From Zestosphaera sp. (GTDB taxonomy: Archaea > Thermoproteota > Thermoprotei_A > Sulfolobales > NBVN01): 64,000 nt of DNA. The notes under the pieces were generated by a model. It saw only the letters and a program-made list of their open reading frames with translations. It had not been told where the DNA came from and made no database searches. The DNA is taken from contig JAVYVJ010000001.1 in the NCBI GenBank assembly GCA_038727705.1, positions 543,924 through 607,923 on the forward strand. The letters are read 5' to 3'. Below are positions 8,720-17,673 of the stretch, piece by piece (the stretch's first letter is position 1; each line of letters starts with the position of its first letter). Both the position numbers and the translations under genes were made by a program.

Positions 8720-9925
8720 CTAGGTTTTTGTAGGTCTCTCTAGGATGTTTAGAGCTCTTGATGCGATTAGGTATGCACTAGCAGTATGTTTATTGAGTCT
8801 ATGCTTCTTCATGGTTTCTGCGTGTTCTCGTGAACTAGTTGTTCCCTTGGGGTCTACATATACTATTTTCAAACCGTAGAGTGGTGCTTTCCACAATATT
8901 CTCTCAATGATCGAGCTTCTGAACACGGCTACTTTGTAGTTGTAGTTTCTACCTCCTCTTTCACCGTTTCTAACCCAGTAGTACCTCAAGTAGCCGATTA
9001 CACCTGGGTTTTCGAGAGCAACAGCTGAGGCACCGTGGTGGTAAGCATGCTTGAGAACCTCGTGTATCTTCTCTCCAATAATGCTCCAGGCTCTTTTCCT
9101 CGGGAAACCTCTGGCTAAGATCTGGGGAAACCTGACTGTGTGCATCCACACAACTTCACCATCTTTGTTCACCACCACCAGGTTCAATCTATCGGTGTTC
9201 ACATCTATCCCCGCTACATTGCTTCCCAACGGTTTATCGAACCTCTTCATAATCTCTAGGTAGAGGCTGTGCTTAACATTGATCTGCAACTCGCCGTAGA
9301 GGTGCTCTAGGTCTCCGCTATAGCTCCTAATGTACACTCTAGCTGGATAGCCAATCTCTTTTCTCATAGCTCTATCAACAAGCTCCTTGAGTAGCCTGTT
9401 GTACCTCTTAGAAACTACTGGCTTAACGACTACTCTCTCGCTTCCACCGCTTGCTTTGAAAACCAGCACCTTGACCGTCTCGTAATCTGTGAACTGTATG
9501 TTCAGGTTCCCCTTAGCCCAAGGTTCTCCCTCGCTCTGGAATAAGAGCCAAGGTTTGAGCTCTACTCTTGATACATCAACCTTCAGCTTCCTAACGCTCT
9601 GAAGACTCGAGTACACTAGTGTCGCTACTCCATCAACATACCTCCTGTTAGGTAGTAAGCTGTAGCACAACTCTCTCGTGAACTTGATGAAGTCATACTC
9701 ACTCAGCTTAGCTAACACAAGGTTCGCTTTAACATGCTCAAACACTCTGTGAGCACACGCTTTGCTCAACCACGCAGTCCAGTAGATGCTTTTCGCCACA
9801 TCTCCAGTAGCGTGAAAAGGTAGACTAATCGTTACATAATCCAAATCCATAGGGATATACCCCTTCAAATTTATAAACTCTGAGCGCTTAAAAATCCTTG
9901 GTGACCCTGGGTTTCCGAGACCCAT
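8720..9925 (-). CDS. IS200/IS605 OrfB (TnpB)-like protein with an apparently degenerate C-terminus
   Basis: 401 aa. It has a RuvC-I-like GIDVNTDRLN, a RuvC-II-like VALENP and the conserved VDPKGTTSS segment. The usual CxxC...CxxC zinc finger and the D-x-N-A-A RuvC-III motif are not seen; the C-terminus is REHAETMKKHRLNKHTASAYLIASRALN. Confidence 0.65.
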   Translation of the reverse strand: MGLGNPGSPRIFKRSEFINLKGYIPMDLDYVTISLPFHATGDVAKSIYWTAWLSKACAHRVFEHVKANLVLAKLSEYDFIKFTRELCYSLLPNRRYVDGVATLVYSSLQSVRKLKVDVSRVELKPWLLFQSEGEPWAKGNLNIQFTDYETVKVLVFKASGGSERVVVKPVVSKRYNRLLKELVDRAMRKEIGYPARVYIRSYSGDLEHLYGELQINVKHSLYLEIMKRFDKPLGSNVAGIDVNTDRLNLVVVNKDGEVVWMHTVRFPQILARGFPRKRAWSIIGEKIHEVLKHAYHHGASAVALENPGVIGYLRYYWVRNGERGGRNYNYKVAVFRSSIIERILWKAPLYGLKIVYVDPKGTTSSREHAETMKKHRLNKHTASAYLIASRALNILERPTKT

Positions 9926-9994
9926 GGCAGACCGTGGGGAGGGGGCTCAGGGAAACCGTGATGCCCCGCCCTAGGAAAACCTACAAAAACCTAG
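8720..9994 (-). mobile_element. IS element encoding a TnpB/OrfB-like protein, bounded by 25-bp imperfect terminal inverted repeats
   Basis: 8720-8744 (CTAGGTTTTTGTAGGTCTCTCTAGG) is the reverse complement of 9970-9994 (CCTAGGAAAACCTACAAAAACCTAG) at 22/25, with a perfect 16-nt core. The single ORF fills the element. Confidence 0.6.
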
Positions 9995-10177
9995 AGCGGG
10001 AAACGGTGTGGGGTGAATTCATTTAGTGAATTCAGTGCCTAAGAATACCCAGGAGTATTGCTTCACTCAGCTCGGTCCCCACGTTGCGCAGGCTCTTATG
10101 CCGTAATACCTCCCTTCTTTAACGGTGTTAAAGCTGTTTAGGGAGTTGGTTTATATGCAACAATCTACTCATATATC

Positions 10178-10639
10178 TTGGGTGAGAGGATGGTAGGAGC
10201 TAGCACTGTTAAGAATGCGGGCAGAAAGCCTAAGATTATTTACGAGGACGAGGAGATACTGGTTATGAGAGCGCCGAGCGACGAGGAGCTTGAAGAAATG
10301 ATAGTTGCGATCATAGGCAGTAAGGGGAGACCGTTAGCCTGGAAGGAATTAAGGAAGGAATTAAGCGGTTTAGTGGGCGAGGACAGGCTAAGGAAGGCGT
10401 TGCTCAAGCTGATAGACCGCGACATAGTCGTTGAGATGATCGACGGCACCTTCGGACTCAAAGATATGGAGACCACCTACATACCTAAGAAGATAAAGAA
10501 GAGGGTGAGGCCGCTGGCACCTAGGAAATTCAGAGTCAGATGGGGACCGCTGATAGAGGCTAGGGGAAGCATATCAGCCGCAATACAGTACCTTAAGGAA
10601 GCAAGGAGTAAGAAGATCTCAAGCACTGCAACCAACTAA
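10178..10639 (+). CDS. hypothetical protein with a probable winged-helix domain
   Basis: 153 aa. The central segment (RPLAWKELRKELSGLVGEDRLRKALLKLIDRDIVVE) looks wHTH-like and the C-terminus is basic. Confidence 0.45.
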   Translation: MGERMVGASTVKNAGRKPKIIYEDEEILVMRAPSDEELEEMIVAIIGSKGRPLAWKELRKELSGLVGEDRLRKALLKLIDRDIVVEMIDGTFGLKDMETTYIPKKIKKRVRPLAPRKFRVRWGPLIEARGSISAAIQYLKEARSKKISSTATN

Positions 10640-10747
10640 CCTCACGTTTTTCTTAAGGTCGGTATATTCCGCATATGAAACTATAATAAAATACGCTGCT
10701 AAGCCGAAGCGCAGAATTAATTTTATTATTGAAGCCATAAATATCTA

Positions 10748-10825
10748 GGGCCCGTGGCCCAGCCAGGATAAGGCGCCGGCCTCCGGAGCCGGAGACCCCG
10801 GGTTCAAATCCCGGCGGGCCCGCCA
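10748..10825 (+). tRNA. tRNA-Arg (anticodon CCG), CCA encoded
   Basis: GGGCCCGTGGCCCAGCCAGGATAAGGCGCCGGCCTCCGGAGCCGGAGACCCCGGGTTCAAATCCCGGCGGGCCCGCCA. It folds as acceptor GGGCCCG/CGGGCCC, anticodon stem CCGGC/GCCGG with loop CTCCGGA, and T arm CCGGG-TTCAAAT-CCCGG. Confidence 0.92.
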
Positions 10826-10944
10826 CACCCATGCAGTGAACTCCATGGGTAAGGGGAGCTGGGCGACTTCTTGCTAAGAACCTTCAAAATCTTAGCCCTC
10901 ACTGAGTGTGAGATGATTGTAGAGGGTAAGACCTGTGATAGTCT

Positions 10945-12084
10945 CTAGATGTTCGCTGATGCCGCTCGGTATATTGGATCTATTATCACGTAGTTCTCAC
11001 CTACCTTCTCAATTAACCCGAACGCGCTTAGTCTCCTTAAAACCTCGTTGAACGCTTTATCCTCGATAGTTCTTCCCTCAACCCTCTCCAGGGTTTTCTT
11101 TAGTTCGCTCCAGGACATCCCGCCGGTGCTCAACGTCTTGAGGACGTTCCTGTACCTACTGCTCTTCAACTCGCTCAGCAGGTTCGTTAGCTCGGTTCCC
11201 GCTAGACTTACTGCCTTGTTGAATACCTCTTCTAGGTCTCCAGCAGTTCCCGTGATGTATGAGTAGCCGAAGAAGGTCAGCCACCCTATAATACCGTCTA
11301 ACCTACTCACTGCCTCCCTTATTAATTCCTCGTTATAATGTGCTCTAGCCTCCTCAAATCCTAGCCTGAGGAACTCCGCGCCCTCCGACTCACTGAGTCT
11401 CCTTGTCTTGACCTCGAGGTACGGCCTCCCATAGAGTGGTGCCTCGGGGTCCTCCAGCCCTAGGAAGTCCTTCAGAATCCCGAACTGCGATCCAGTCAAC
11501 GTTAAGTTGACGTACTTTAAGTTATCGTAAACGTAAGCGAGGAATCTGTCGAATCTAGCCCAAGTAGCTTTCCTCAAGTCCTGTGCCTCGTCAAAGACCA
11601 GGATCACTGGGGAGCCGATGTCCTCACCGAACTCATTGAGCCTTAGGAAGAGGTCTTGAAGGTCAAGTTTCCCGTTACCTCTGAAAACCACTGAAACCGA
11701 GTAATCCTTAAGACCTATAGTAACCCCCTTAACCATCTTCAAGTAACTTGCTAGAGCCTCCCTCAAATTAGTGTGCCTCCTCAAAGAATCCTCAAGCGAC
11801 TTCCCGATAACCCTGGCTATATCCTCAAATCCCGGATATATAGTGAATCGCGTGTCCAGGTAGATATACGGCGCGTTAACCAAGCTCAACCCAACCTTAA
11901 CCAAGGAGGTCTTTCCAGTCCTCCGAAGACCTGAAACCACGGTCAACCTAGACCTCACCACGTGATCAACAAATAACCTCAACTCATCACGGAAATCATA
12001 GAAGTCGTCAATCCTATCCTTAGGTATCGGATCGAATAACAGGGGTATCACCCAGTAACTATCGCTACCCCCAGTAATAAACAT
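10945..12084 (-). CDS. archaeal AAA+ ATPase (Arch_ATPase/DUF234-type, C-terminal wHTH)
   Basis: 379 aa with Walker A (GLRRTGKTSL), Walker B (LVFDEAQ) and a C-terminal helical/wHTH region. It abuts the trailer end of CRISPR array 1. Confidence 0.78.
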   Translation of the reverse strand: MFITGGSDSYWVIPLLFDPIPKDRIDDFYDFRDELRLFVDHVVRSRLTVVSGLRRTGKTSLVKVGLSLVNAPYIYLDTRFTIYPGFEDIARVIGKSLEDSLRRHTNLREALASYLKMVKGVTIGLKDYSVSVVFRGNGKLDLQDLFLRLNEFGEDIGSPVILVFDEAQDLRKATWARFDRFLAYVYDNLKYVNLTLTGSQFGILKDFLGLEDPEAPLYGRPYLEVKTRRLSESEGAEFLRLGFEEARAHYNEELIREAVSRLDGIIGWLTFFGYSYITGTAGDLEEVFNKAVSLAGTELTNLLSELKSSRYRNVLKTLSTGGMSWSELKKTLERVEGRTIEDKAFNEVLRRLSAFGLIEKVGENYVIIDPIYRAASANI

Positions 12085-12132
12085 TAACGCACAACAACCA
12101 ACGTAACGACTAAGTCTACGGACTTCTGGAAG

Positions 12133-15100
12133 CTTTCAGTCTTTTCTTATTGCTTCCGATGCGAACCGACACGAATATCTGAACCGCGTAGCTCTCTGCA
12201 ATCAATCTTTCAGTCTTTTCTTATTGCTTCAGACCCGTATGATAAATGGGTTGAGTGAGTTGAGAAGGATGTCTTTCAGTCTTTTCTTATTGCTTCTATA
12301 TAAGCATGACTGGTCGTTAGTAGAGAAAAACACATTTTTTGACCCTTTCAGTCTTTTCTTATTGCTTCTCATCTATTAACTGATCCCAGGAGATTATTCC
12401 GGCTTTGTATTGTTCTGTTAAGAGATTCCTTTCAGTCTTTTCTTATTGCTTCACCGAATTTCGCTCAGAACAAACCTGCTTCACCAGCTTTCAGTCTTTT
12501 CTTATTGCTTCGAACAAGATATTCGTACACCGGTGTAAACCTGGTGCCGCCGCGACACTCGCGGCTGAGCTCGCCGCGAGCCGCCAGCGCAAAGTGTAAA
12601 CCTGGTGCCGCCGCGACCGACGCTTTCAGTCTTTTCTTATTGCTTCATGAACGTGATAGATGATTCAGTCAAGCACGCGCTGGTTCAGGGAGCAACATAT
12701 GACTTTCAGTCTTTTCTTATTGCTTCTCATCATCGACTTTGATCATTGCCGAAACGTAATAGCTGCACTCGCCAACACTAATTGCTTTCAGTCTTTTCTT
12801 ATTGCTTCCCTGCCACTATCCGAACATGCGGCCTGCTCAGCGCCGCAATCACTAAATTCTTTCAGTCTTTTCTTATTGCTTCTTAAGTAATTACGTGAAG
12901 CTAGTCCCGGGAGTCAGGAAGACTTTCAGTCTTTTCTTATTGCTTCTATTTCAACCTCTTCATAGTCCGTGTAACTAGGTAAGTCCTTCATGAATGTGTC
13001 CACCTTTCAGTCTTTTCTTATTGCTTCATATATCCACTAAGAACTGAGGGCACTCAACCTCATACTTTCAGTCTTTTCTTATTGCTTCATTTCGTGTCGT
13101 TTTAGCGATCCTGATGTGAACATACATGTTTATATCGACTTTCAGTCTTTTCTTATTGCTTCAAAGCAAAATCACAGCTCTCATAACTACGAGACCTCTT
13201 TCAGTCTTTTCTTATTGCTTCCTCACCTCGCAACGATTGCGTTTCTGAACTTTTTGCCCGTCGAAACCAAGATGACGTCTTTCAGTCTTTTCTTATTGCT
13301 TCACGCCTTGCGGATATCGCGCGACGCGTCCAGACGAACGCTGACTGACCTCTTTCAGTCTTTTCTTATTGCTTCGTATATGATCATGCTCGACAGACGT
13401 TGGGCGTACATCATTCTTTCAGTCTTTTCTTATTGCTTCAGTGCCGATCGTCACAACACATCACGCGACGCTCAATCCTGCGAATCCGTATCAGACGTTA
13501 GCGGACATGCGTGGCGGCGTTGCAGTGTATCATTACCTTTCAGTCTTTTCTTATTGCTTCATTGACGGTGTTCATTGACGGTGGCAGTGTTCGTGTGCTT
13601 TCAGTCTTTTCTTATTGCTTCTCAACACCAGCAGCGTAGTCACCTGAAGCTGCGCTCTTTCAGTCTTTTCTTATTGCTTCACAGACTCGTCGTCCGGCGA
13701 GCCGCGAATCGCGTAGACTTTCAGTCTTTTCTTATTGCTTCGCCACTGACAGCTGAACGACTAAACAAGTCGAACAGCCTGCCCGCCTGACTCTTTCAGT
13801 CTTTTCTTATTGCTTCCCTACACACTAATATACGACGTGCTAGTAAGCTCAGGATGTAGGGGGACTGACTTTCAGTCTTTTCTTATTGCTTCTAAGTTAA
13901 GAACGATAAGCGCTTTCAGCCTTTTAGTCAGGACTTTGAGGAATTTGCTTTCAGTCTTTTCTTATTGCTTCTCAATGCGCCAATGCTCTGAGCCTTGATG
14001 TCCACAGCCAGGGACGCTATTGTCTGCTTTCAGTCTTTTCTTATTGCTTCACTGGAGTAAATGATTCCCCCCTTAACAACCCCCCTACTAATTTAGAAAA
14101 AGCTTTCAGTCTTTTCTTATTGCTTCAGTCTTTTAAGTGTTATCTCCGTCTCCTCCAGCAGTTCCCTTAAGTACTTGATATCTTTCAGTCTTTTCTTATT
14201 GCTTCTTACGTCCTCGTTCATGCTCCCAGTAGAGCTTGCCGCATATTTTGCTTTCAGTCTTTTCTTATTGCTTCAAGGACATGTCCTCACATATGTCGGC
14301 AGGTCGGACGTGGCCGAGAGCAGTAGATTCCTTTCAGTCTTTTCTTATTGCTTCAGAAAAAGAGGAATTTAAGATTTGCGCAACGCGCCAGCAACCTTGA
14401 ATATCACCGTGCCCAGCAACAGAATTGAGAGCATCTCTTTCAGTCTTTTCTTATTGCTTCACTCTCAGATCTTCAAGAGTTCCTGTCAGGTAGTTCAGCT
14501 TTCAGTCTTTTCTTATTGCTTCTGACCCGAGCAAGCCAGTCAAGATCATCGAGAGGAAAGGTCAAGGTATTTTTCTGCAGTTCTACGACGTAGAGGGGAG
14601 ACTGCATGCTTTCAGTCTTTTCTTATTGCTTCGAATACCGCATTGTCCCCAGAGCTGACCGTCAGAGCGATGCCGCCCGGCAAATCTTTCAGTCTTTTCT
14701 TATTGCTTCAGTTAAGCTTTTACGCATCAATAACCGATGCTACGAGTGCCAGAAACGTGGTTCTTTCAGTCTTTTCTTATTGCTTCACCACAACCGAGGA
14801 GGAAATAGACGTAGTACCTGACGACGTATTAACGCGCACCTTTCAGTCTTTTCTTATTGCTTCGCATTTAGCGTTAGAAGATGCAGACGATGTGTTAAAG
14901 CTTGAGATAGACTTTCAGTCTTTTCTTATTGCTTCACTCGTAACTGAGTTCGAGAAAAGAAATAAGTTTGTGGGGGGCTGGGCAGTCACTTTCAGTCTTT
15001 TCTTATTGCTTCCGTTATTGTTGGTGTTCACACTCACATTGCTGACCACGTTAGAAGCGATGTTATCCTTTCAGTCTTTTCTTATTGCTTCGGATTAGAC

Positions 15101-15659
15101 AAGACCCTCATTGTAATAAGCTACGTAAAACACGGCACAAGACTTAGCCTACTTTCAGTCTTTTCTTATTGCTTCCTACAGCCTACTACGTGCTTGGATT
15201 GCCCGAGGTTGGATTACTACCCACTTTCAGTCTTTTCTTATTGCTTCTATAGTGTCCAGTTTCGGTATGGTAGTCTTTTTCTGTACCCCGCTCTTTCCTC
15301 TTCTTTCAGTCTTTTCTTATTGCTTCGCAAACAACTTCGCCGAGAAGCGGCGATACGTCGACACAGACTTTCAGTCTTTTCTTATTGCTTCTCCTGAGTC
15401 AGTTGAAAGGCGATTGGCGCGGTCTAGCGGTGGCGTTAGTGCCGAAGAGCGTGAACTTAAAGATCTTTCAGTCTTTTCTTATTGCTTCTCACTTACTCGC
15501 GCGGTGCTCAGTCGAAAGTCGTTGAATCATTGAGTGCGGTCGGCGACTCGGCGTTCACTTTCAGTCTTTTCTTATTGCTTCTCCTAACATACTCCTCCAG
15601 GGATAGGTACGCGCAATACTCACACGACCTTCCAGCTTTCAGTCTTTTCTTATTGCTTC
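12133..15659 (-). CRISPR. CRISPR array 1: 46 identical 24-nt repeats and 45 inter-repeat segments, transcribed on the minus strand (leader at 15660-15728)
   Basis: The plus-strand repeat is CTTTCAGTCTTTTCTTATTGCTTC, which is GAAGCAATAAGAAAAGACTGAAAG in crRNA sense. The hand-counted inter-repeat lengths from 12157 rightwards follow. 50,42,48,60,35,111,56,58,50,40,57,37,50,35,57,49,40,97,37,35,37,51,52,55,55,52,55,45,56,82,38,86,53,53,53,48,53,55,60,48,55,41,73,69,54. Confidence 0.97.
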
Positions 15660-15728
15660 CTGTCATTGTTTTGTGCTGGTTGTTTATAAATTTTTGTTGA
15701 TCGATTCCGGAAAATCCATCAAGCCTCC
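15660..15728 (-). promoter_or_regulatory. CRISPR leader 1 with TATA box (TTTATAAA, 15683-15690) and palindromes ATCGAT / TTCCGGAA (15700-15712)
   Basis: A 69-nt AT-rich segment lies between the cas1 stop and the first repeat. The TATA box is about 24 nt from the first repeat. The sequence is the exact inverted copy of leader 2. Confidence 0.75.
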
Positions 15729-16718
15729 TTAGGAACCGGATGTTGGGTCATAGATATAGGGCTCGTATTTAAGTTTCTTTAAGATGGAGTCTTTAAATTT
15801 TCCTATATCTCTTAGCGGTAATATCCATATCGACTTTCTGTTGTAGAATCTTTCTGCTTCCCGTGAGAGTCGGTTGTAAAGGTGTCCAACTAAGATCTCG
15901 ATCGTTTTAGGGCTTAGCATCCTGGAGCCTCTTAGCGTCTTTAACTTTGTTTTTCTGCTTGCTTGTATAACGCTATGCACGGCTAGTGGCTTGAAAATTT
16001 CCGATAAGTCATACGTTAGTGACACTCGCCCACTTCTTAGTGCGTGTATTAGCCCGTAGAAGGGATCTAGTCCTACGGTAACTATCGACTTGGTTATAAT
16101 TCCGTAGAGTATGGCGTAGAGGAAGTCTATCGAGGAGTTTATAACATCACCTCTTCGTGGCTCTCTGCCCGTGAACCCATATTCTGGCAGTATGAGGTTA
16201 GTGGCGACATTCCAGAAGTATTTAGAGCCAACTGCCTCCAGTTTCCGGAGCTCATCAATGTTGTTGGTCTTTTCTACGAACTCTAAAACCTCTAATATCT
16301 TTATTTTTACGTCCTCGTAATCCTTCATCAAGTCTTTATAGTACTTGTACTCGTATCTCAGAACGTTATATAGACCCCTAATCTTTGAGTATATGATTGA
16401 CCTGGCATACATCGCCCTGCAGGCCTCGTCTGAGAAGCACCTGTACTGCACTTCTCTAATGTTGATGGTTCCAACCTGAACGACATCATAGAGAACTCCA
16501 TAGGTGTCCAGCTTTCCCGAGATGAACACTATCGGTATGCCGTTCGAGAGAAGAGTTATCACCGCTGAAGACGTTACCAGAACTCTCTCACCAACGACAA
16601 TTACTAGCTCTAGGTCCGGTACGGATGCCTCCACGCTGTTACCTTCTTTGTCTGATACAAGGATATTGCCTTCCTTCCTATATATCTTCGATGTTCCCTC
16701 AACGACCAGTATCGTCAT
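15729..16718 (-). CDS. cas1: CRISPR-associated endonuclease Cas1
   Basis: 329 aa with a Cas1 pattern (N-terminal beta domain, EAVGSKYFW, GLIHALRSGRVSLTYDLSEIFKP). It is adjacent to the leader. Confidence 0.92.
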   Translation of the reverse strand: MTILVVEGTSKIYRKEGNILVSDKEGNSVEASVPDLELVIVVGERVLVTSSAVITLLSNGIPIVFISGKLDTYGVLYDVVQVGTINIREVQYRCFSDEACRAMYARSIIYSKIRGLYNVLRYEYKYYKDLMKDYEDVKIKILEVLEFVEKTNNIDELRKLEAVGSKYFWNVATNLILPEYGFTGREPRRGDVINSSIDFLYAILYGIITKSIVTVGLDPFYGLIHALRSGRVSLTYDLSEIFKPLAVHSVIQASRKTKLKTLRGSRMLSPKTIEILVGHLYNRLSREAERFYNRKSIWILPLRDIGKFKDSILKKLKYEPYIYDPTSGS

Positions 16719-16728
16719 TAGGGATCAC

Positions 16729-17352
16729 CTAGTGCGTGTATGGGCACACCCTCCTTATCGGGGGGTCGCAGAACGCGCATATCTCTCCGCTAGGCGGTTC
16801 AGGCTCTTTCTCATCGGACAGTGTCTTCATCAGCCTGGAGATGACCTTCATCAGGTCACGCCCGGACACACTAGCATCACTACTCATTACCAACACGTCC
16901 TCGACTGTGTCATGATCCCTCACTATTACCAGAACCGGCACGATTGGGAAACCGATCTCCCCGTATAGAGCGGAGGCATATGACTGTAACCGGTGTCGCA
17001 CAACTCTTGAGGCTTCCTTATATTCCGTGACCTCGAACAGCACGGTGAACAGAGACCCTCTGAAGTAGACTAAGGTGGCTAGGTCTATCCTTCCCCTGAG
17101 CAAGATACCCCACGTGCGTGTGCCATTCTTGAGGACTGCTGAGAGGGCAACGTCTTTTTCATTGTAGGTGCTCAAGACTTTTCCTCCAGCGTGGTGAATG
17201 CTATTCTCGACCATGGTTTCAAACAGTTTCCGTAGTACAGTCCATGCCTTCTTTCCGTGGACTTCAGCCGGGGTGGGACTCGCTTGGAGGGTTGTCTGAG
17301 CTCTCAGCCTCACTCTCATTCTGCATATTGCTAGGTCGTCCAGCACCTTCAT
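16729..17352 (-). CDS. cas4: CRISPR-associated exonuclease Cas4 (RecB-like, Fe-S cysteines)
   Basis: The preferred start is ATG at 17352 (MKVLDDLAICRMRV..., N-terminal Cys). The C-terminal cluster is C-x2-C-x8-C (EICAFCDPPIRRVCPY). The 304-aa track ORF (to 17643) extends upstream in an alternative frame across cas2 and looks like non-protein sequence there. Confidence 0.8.
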   Translation of the reverse strand: MKVLDDLAICRMRVRLRAQTTLQASPTPAEVHGKKAWTVLRKLFETMVENSIHHAGGKVLSTYNEKDVALSAVLKNGTRTWGILLRGRIDLATLVYFRGSLFTVLFEVTEYKEASRVVRHRLQSYASALYGEIGFPIVPVLVIVRDHDTVEDVLVMSSDASVSGRDLMKVISRLMKTLSDEKEPEPPSGEICAFCDPPIRRVCPYTH

Positions 17353-17662
17353 CGGTAACTCTAGCTCTGTGCACACCGTAGAAGGCGATGACTGGCATCC
17401 TCTCACCACGTATGGATACAGACCTCTTGGCAACCTCCACGAGAAGCTCATACTGAAAGTCGTTGAGGAGGATAACAGTCGCTCTATCTCCTTCGTCAAG
17501 CAATCTAGATAGATGCGAAGAGATTCTCTCGGCGAGTGTTCTCGACCCTCTTCCAACGTAGACCGAGTAGGTGAGCATCGTGAACGAATACTTTCTAAGT
17601 AAACGCCTAACTTTCCCCCTCGTCCTCTCGTCTCTGCAGTCATACGTCACCACCAGGAACAA
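17264..17662 (-). CDS. cas2: CRISPR-associated endoribonuclease Cas2 (with about 40-aa Ser/Glu-rich tail overlapping the cas4 start)
   Basis: The N-terminus MFLVVTYDCRDERTRGKVRRLLRKYSFTMLTYSVYVG is a typical Cas2 ferredoxin-fold start. The ORF runs 89 nt past the cas4 ATG. Confidence 0.8.
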   Translation of the reverse strand: MFLVVTYDCRDERTRGKVRRLLRKYSFTMLTYSVYVGRGSRTLAERISSHLSRLLDEGDRATVILLNDFQYELLVEVAKRSVSIRGERMPVIAFYGVHRARVTDEGAGRPSNMQNESEAESSDNPPSESHPG

Positions 17663-17673
17663 CGTGCATCGAC

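Noticed and set aside
10826-10944. Hairpin CCCATG-N10-CATGGG just after tRNA-Arg, and the remaining 120 nt, as an integrase remnant or attL-proximal gene fragment
   Set aside because: There is no open frame and no recognisable integrase motif. The hairpin alone is not informative.
13909-13932. CTTTCAGCCTTTTAGTCAGGACTT inside the 55-nt spacer at 13893-13947, as a degenerate extra repeat
   Set aside because: Only the first 13 nt resemble the repeat (1 mismatch). Splitting here would give 16-nt and 15-nt spacers. It is more likely a chance or recombination remnant.
12405-15700. Many 60-150-aa ORFs across array 1, and 26164-27964 across array 2, with recurring peptides FSLFLLL, SVFSYCF and FQSFLIAS
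   Set aside because: The recurring peptides are the three-frame translations of the 24-nt CRISPR repeat. These are array read-through artefacts and not genes.
16729-17643. 304-aa ORF suggesting a long Cas4 or a Cas2-Cas4 fusion
   Set aside because: The first 97 codons are an alternative frame through cas2 with Arg/Ser-rich, non-protein-like sequence. A proper Cas4 N-terminus (MKVLDDLAICRMRV) starts at 17352. No evidence for fusion or programmed frameshifting could be seen.
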